A DNA stretch of 64,000 nucleotides from Alphaproteobacteria bacterium. GTDB lineage: Bacteria; Pseudomonadota; Alphaproteobacteria; MPNO01; UBA2964. The stretch covers positions 1,076-65,075 of the forward strand of contig JBMYRG010000019.1 in NCBI GenBank assembly GCA_049602055.1, written 5' to 3'. Below the pieces are notes generated by a model, which ran no database searches, was not told where the DNA came from, and saw nothing but the letters and a program-made list of their open reading frames with translations. The translations under genes were made by a program, and so were the position numbers. This document shows, piece by piece, positions 61,512-64,000 of this stretch; positions within the stretch are counted from its first letter, which is position 1; each line of letters starts with the position of its first letter.

Positions 61512-62375
61512 ATGTTTGCCCCGGCGCAGATGGCATTGCTGCCAGATGGCCAAAGGCTGCACCTGAATCACGGCCCGATTGACCTGATTGTACAGGCTTT
61601 TGGCGATCCTGATGAGATCAAAAAGTCCTATAAACAGGCGATGTCCTGCTTCCCTGACATTTTGCCGACATTGGTCGATGAGCTTCAAAAATTGCGTCAG
61701 CTTTATAATGAAGACTGGCAGCCGGATGGACGGGTGGCGAGCCATATGCAGATCGCCTGTTCACGATTTTCTTCAGAATTCGTGACACCGATGGCAGCAG
61801 TCGCCGGAGCAGTGGCCGATGAAGTATTGCGGCAGCTGGTTCGTGGCAGGCAGCTTGAAAAGGCCTACGTGAATAACGGCGGGGATATTGCATTCCACCT
61901 GACCGAAGGGCAAAGCCTGACAGCGGGTCTGGTTGCGGATTATCATCTGCCGAATATTGATGGTGAATGTATTCTTACCTATGACATGCCGGTGCGCGGG
62001 ATTGCAACCAGTGGCTGGAAAGGGCGTAGTCTTTCGTTCGGTATAGCTGATTCTGTGTCAGTTTTGGCGAAAGACGCGGCCTCAGCGGATGTAGCGGCAA
62101 CGCTTATCGCCAATGATGTGAATGCAGATCATCGAGGGATAAAACGTGTGCCCGCGTCTGAACAGGACCTCGACAGTGATCTTGGTGAAAGGTTGGTTAC
62201 GGTAGAGGTCGGTGCGCTTGATCAGCAAACCGTCGATGCAGCATTAAACTCGGGCGAGAAGGCGGCCGTTACGGCGGAACAGGCTGGACACATCACAGCG
62301 GCGGTGCTGGTATTGCAGAATAATTTTAGAGTGGTTGGAGCGGCGCCTGCCGGGCTAATCGCAGAGGCGGCGTAA
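61512..62375 (+). CDS. UPF0280 (ApbE-like) protein
   Basis: HGPIDL, TPMAAVAGAVAD, NNGGDIA, ATSG..GRS.S.G.AD. Confidence 0.88.
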   Translation: MFAPAQMALLPDGQRLHLNHGPIDLIVQAFGDPDEIKKSYKQAMSCFPDILPTLVDELQKLRQLYNEDWQPDGRVASHMQIACSRFSSEFVTPMAAVAGAVADEVLRQLVRGRQLEKAYVNNGGDIAFHLTEGQSLTAGLVADYHLPNIDGECILTYDMPVRGIATSGWKGRSLSFGIADSVSVLAKDAASADVAATLIANDVNADHRGIKRVPASEQDLDSDLGERLVTVEVGALDQQTVDAALNSGEKAAVTAEQAGHITAAVLVLQNNFRVVGAAPAGLIAEAA

Positions 62376-62386
62376 AGGAAAAATCC

Positions 62387-63013
62387 ATGGGAAATATTTC
62401 AGACATAGAGACAGCCCCACAAGGCGACTTTGGCGAGCTAGTAAAAGTTCGCAAATTCGTTATCCATATTGAAGAGGTCCTGCATGAGTTCGGGCCGGCG
62501 GCGAACCCGCCACAGCTCAAGGGTTATATCGCGGCGGTTGCGGCTAACCCTTATGCCGGACGTTATGTCGAAGATCTGATGCCATTGATGGAAGCGTTGA
62601 AACCTCTCGGCACAGCGATGGCGCAAAGATTGATTGATGCGCTTGGTGCTGTGGACAAGATTGTCGCCTATGGCAAGTCAGCCATTGTTGGGGAGAATGG
62701 TGAGCTGGAACATGCTGCGTTGTGGCATGAACCCGGCGGCTATGGCATGCGGCAGCTAATCAAGCCGTCCAAGGCCATTGTCCCATCGACCAAAAAAGTA
62801 GCGGGCCCCGGGCGTCCGGTTGATGTGCCATTGGCGCATGTAAATGCGGCTTATGTTCGTAGCCATTTTGATTGCATCGAATGTTCAATTCCGGATGCGC
62901 CGCGCGCGGACGAGATTGTCTGGATCCAGTCAATGGCAACCGGTCCGCGGATTTATGACCGTGCCGGTGGATTAAAGGCTTCTGATATTCAGGGAGAGGA
63001 TGGACTTAAATGA
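62387..63013 (+). CDS. Amino acid synthesis family protein (DUF1185)
   Basis: NPYAGRYVEDL, YGKSAIVG..GELEH, YVRSHFD, PRADE. Confidence 0.88.
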   Translation: MGNISDIETAPQGDFGELVKVRKFVIHIEEVLHEFGPAANPPQLKGYIAAVAANPYAGRYVEDLMPLMEALKPLGTAMAQRLIDALGAVDKIVAYGKSAIVGENGELEHAALWHEPGGYGMRQLIKPSKAIVPSTKKVAGPGRPVDVPLAHVNAAYVRSHFDCIECSIPDAPRADEIVWIQSMATGPRIYDRAGGLKASDIQGEDGLK

Positions 63014-63594
63014 ACGCCAAGATCAGAAAAACCCAGGTAATTGTAGAAACAACCCATAGCGATATCGGTAAGCCGGTTGATCCGGCGACACGTAAGGCTT
63101 CGGCGCTCGCAGTGATCGAAAACCCGTACGCGGGCCGTTATGAAGAGGATTTGTCCGAGCTGATGGATATTGGCGCTGAACTCGGCGGCTATCTCGGCAA
63201 AATGTGTGTCGATGCGCTCGGGATTACACCTGAGCAGGCGGAAAGCTATGGCAAGGCCGCTATCGTTGGCGAGAACGGCGAGTGGGAACATGCTGCGGCT
63301 ATCCTGCATCCCAAGCTCGGCGCGCCTCTTCGCAAAGAAGTAGAAAAAGGGGCAGCGCTCGTGCCATCGGTTAAAAAGCTCGGCGGACAGGGCACCCGGA
63401 TTGACGTACCGCTCGGTCATAAAGATGCGGCCTATGTACGTAGTCACTTTGACGGAATGGAAGTCGGCATGGCTGATGCCCCGCGTGCCAATGAAATCCT
63501 GGTGGCGGTTTCGGTTACCGATTCTGGCCGACCGTTCCCGCGGGTTGGTGGATTGACCACTGATGAAGTGGTGGGCGAGGATGGTCTTCGCTAA
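63010..63594 (+). CDS. Amino acid synthesis family protein (DUF1185)
   Basis: NPYAGRYEEDL, YGKAAIVG..GEWEH, HKDAAYVRSHFD, GRPFPRVGGL. Confidence 0.88.
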   Translation: MNAKIRKTQVIVETTHSDIGKPVDPATRKASALAVIENPYAGRYEEDLSELMDIGAELGGYLGKMCVDALGITPEQAESYGKAAIVGENGEWEHAAAILHPKLGAPLRKEVEKGAALVPSVKKLGGQGTRIDVPLGHKDAAYVRSHFDGMEVGMADAPRANEILVAVSVTDSGRPFPRVGGLTTDEVVGEDGLR

Positions 63595-63615
63595 CATCAC
63601 GAAATGGATGACAGG

Positions 63616-63651
63616 AAAGGCGGATCATATTGATCCGCTTTTCTTTTTTTT
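63616..63651 (+). terminator. Rho-independent terminator ending the hnr operon
   Basis: GCGGATCA-TAT-TGATCCGC followed by a long T-run. Confidence 0.9.
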
Positions 63652-63652
63652 G

Positions 63653-63668
63653 TTAAGGTAAAATTAAC
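63653..63668. promoter_or_regulatory. CtrA binding box
   Basis: TTAA-GGTAAAA-TTAAC (TTAA-N7-TTAAC). Confidence 0.7.
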
Positions 63669-63737
63669 GCAACGCTTCTACTAATAGGCTGAAGACTAGT
63701 CAGAGAGCAGTCTGCAGGACTGCGGGTAAGCGGTGTT

Positions 63738-64000
63738 ATGCGGGTATTCAGAATTCTATCGGTTGTTACGTTGGCGGCTATGTTGAGCGTCTGTTTTGCC
63801 GCCACGGCTGTGATTTCCAATCCCGATCAGGTGGTTGTCGAGGCTTTGTCGGCCAAATCAGCGGCAGACTATGCCCAACGACGCTGTAGTGAGCATGGCA
63901 AACATGCTGTCTATCTTCGCGACGGCGGGTCGGCCTACTGGTTCGCGTGTCGTCAGATTGTCGCTGCACCGATAGAGGCTGTACCGGAGGATGAGATGGC
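63738..64000 (+). CDS. Secreted/lipoprotein-like hypothetical protein (partial, runs off window)
   Basis: Manual translation MRVFRILSVVTLAAMLSVCFAATAV..AQRRCSEHGKHAVY..WFACR, open to the window end. Confidence 0.6.
   Translation, partial: MRVFRILSVVTLAAMLSVCFAATAVISNPDQVVVEALSAKSAADYAQRRCSEHGKHAVYLRDGGSAYWFACRQIVAAPIEAVPEDEM

Overview
64-kb alphaproteobacterial (Rhodospirillales-like; perfect CtrA boxes, alpha-type palindromic repeats) accessory catabolic region. It has no rRNA, tRNA, CRISPR or intact IS. It encodes four UbiD-family prFMN (de)carboxylases and no ubiX, Rieske, 2OG/Fe, HD and amidohydrolase-fold oxygenase candidates, TRAP/TTT transporters, gcdH plus a CoA-transferase, and a reductive nicotinate module (NicR-like MarR, korAB/FNR, hnr, UPF0280, two DUF1185 genes). 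Main discovery: an 18-bp palindrome, TTGTWYGT-AC-ACRWACAA, lies upstream of nicR, korA and hnr and, about 46 kb away, upstream of a phthaloyl-CoA-decarboxylase-like UbiD. This suggests a regulon that feeds a pyridine-dicarboxylate(-CoA) decarboxylation step into ferredoxin-dependent nicotinate catabolism. Several envelope and secreted-protein genes are pseudogenes, with lesions that are mostly compatible with GC->AT transitions. All family assignments come from recognised motifs, not database searches.
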